64,000 nucleotides of DNA from Candidatus Omnitrophota bacterium (GTDB lineage: Bacteria > Omnitrophota > Gorgyraeia > Duberdicusellales > 4484-171): NCBI GenBank assembly GCA_043823745.1, contig JBDRAN010000035.1:13795-77794 (forward strand), given 5' to 3'; not shown here. More notes on this DNA, generated by a model. It had not been told where the DNA came from, ran no database searches, and saw only the letters and a list, made by a program, of their open reading frames with translations. Position 1 is the first letter of the stretch.

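Noticed and set aside
18472-63616. About 80 short ORFs (60-181 aa), mostly plus strand, overlapping the giant ORF
   Set aside because: Antisense or alternate-frame shadows with no recognisable motifs; the giant frame carries all the domain signatures.
63957-63959. GTG start called for the giant ORF
   Set aside because: The frame is open to the window edge and the upstream residues align with the internal paralog near 24750.
17178-64000. Giant ORF as NRPS/PKS, RTX/MARTX or repeat adhesin, or as an artefact of stop-codon reassignment
   Set aside because: No such repeats or domains are visible. The frame is open under the standard code, and neighbouring genes end in TAA, TAG and TGA.

Overview
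Bacterial chromosomal window; every credible gene is on the minus strand. Positions 1-17.1 kb are a housekeeping block, in transcription order: PilZ protein, oppBCDF-type peptide ABC transporter, lysS, lolC/E, lolD, ilvE, mcsA, mcsB, clpC, hypothetical, mlaE, mlaF, mlaD, radA (truncated). Almost every intergenic gap holds heptamer tandem repeats or REP/IS605-like hairpins. Positions 17178-64000 are one uninterrupted ORF of more than 15,600 codons that runs off the right edge; the called GTG start is internal. It is not a repeat adhesin. It is a string of roughly 50 unrelated modules: glutamate dehydrogenase, PLP decarboxylase, shikimate dehydrogenase-like, GT4, M23, trypsin, HExxH, Fic, MraZ, HAD, HATPase, GNAT, CheD, kinase, nucleotidyltransferase, LMW-PTP, JAB and others. 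A recurrent (R/G/A)ASSP / SS[P/S/A/V] peptide separates the modules, and over 40 of these boundaries share the DNA word GCCAGCTCRCC. The linkers carry the same heptamer and REP-like DNA found between the housekeeping genes, always keeping the ORF open. The best candidate for an undescribed system is a cassette-assembled, possibly proteolytically processed giant polyprotein. A diderm PVC-type gene set plus a giant gene suggests Omnitrophota, which is inference only. Domain calls are by-eye motif recognition and domain boundaries are approximate.
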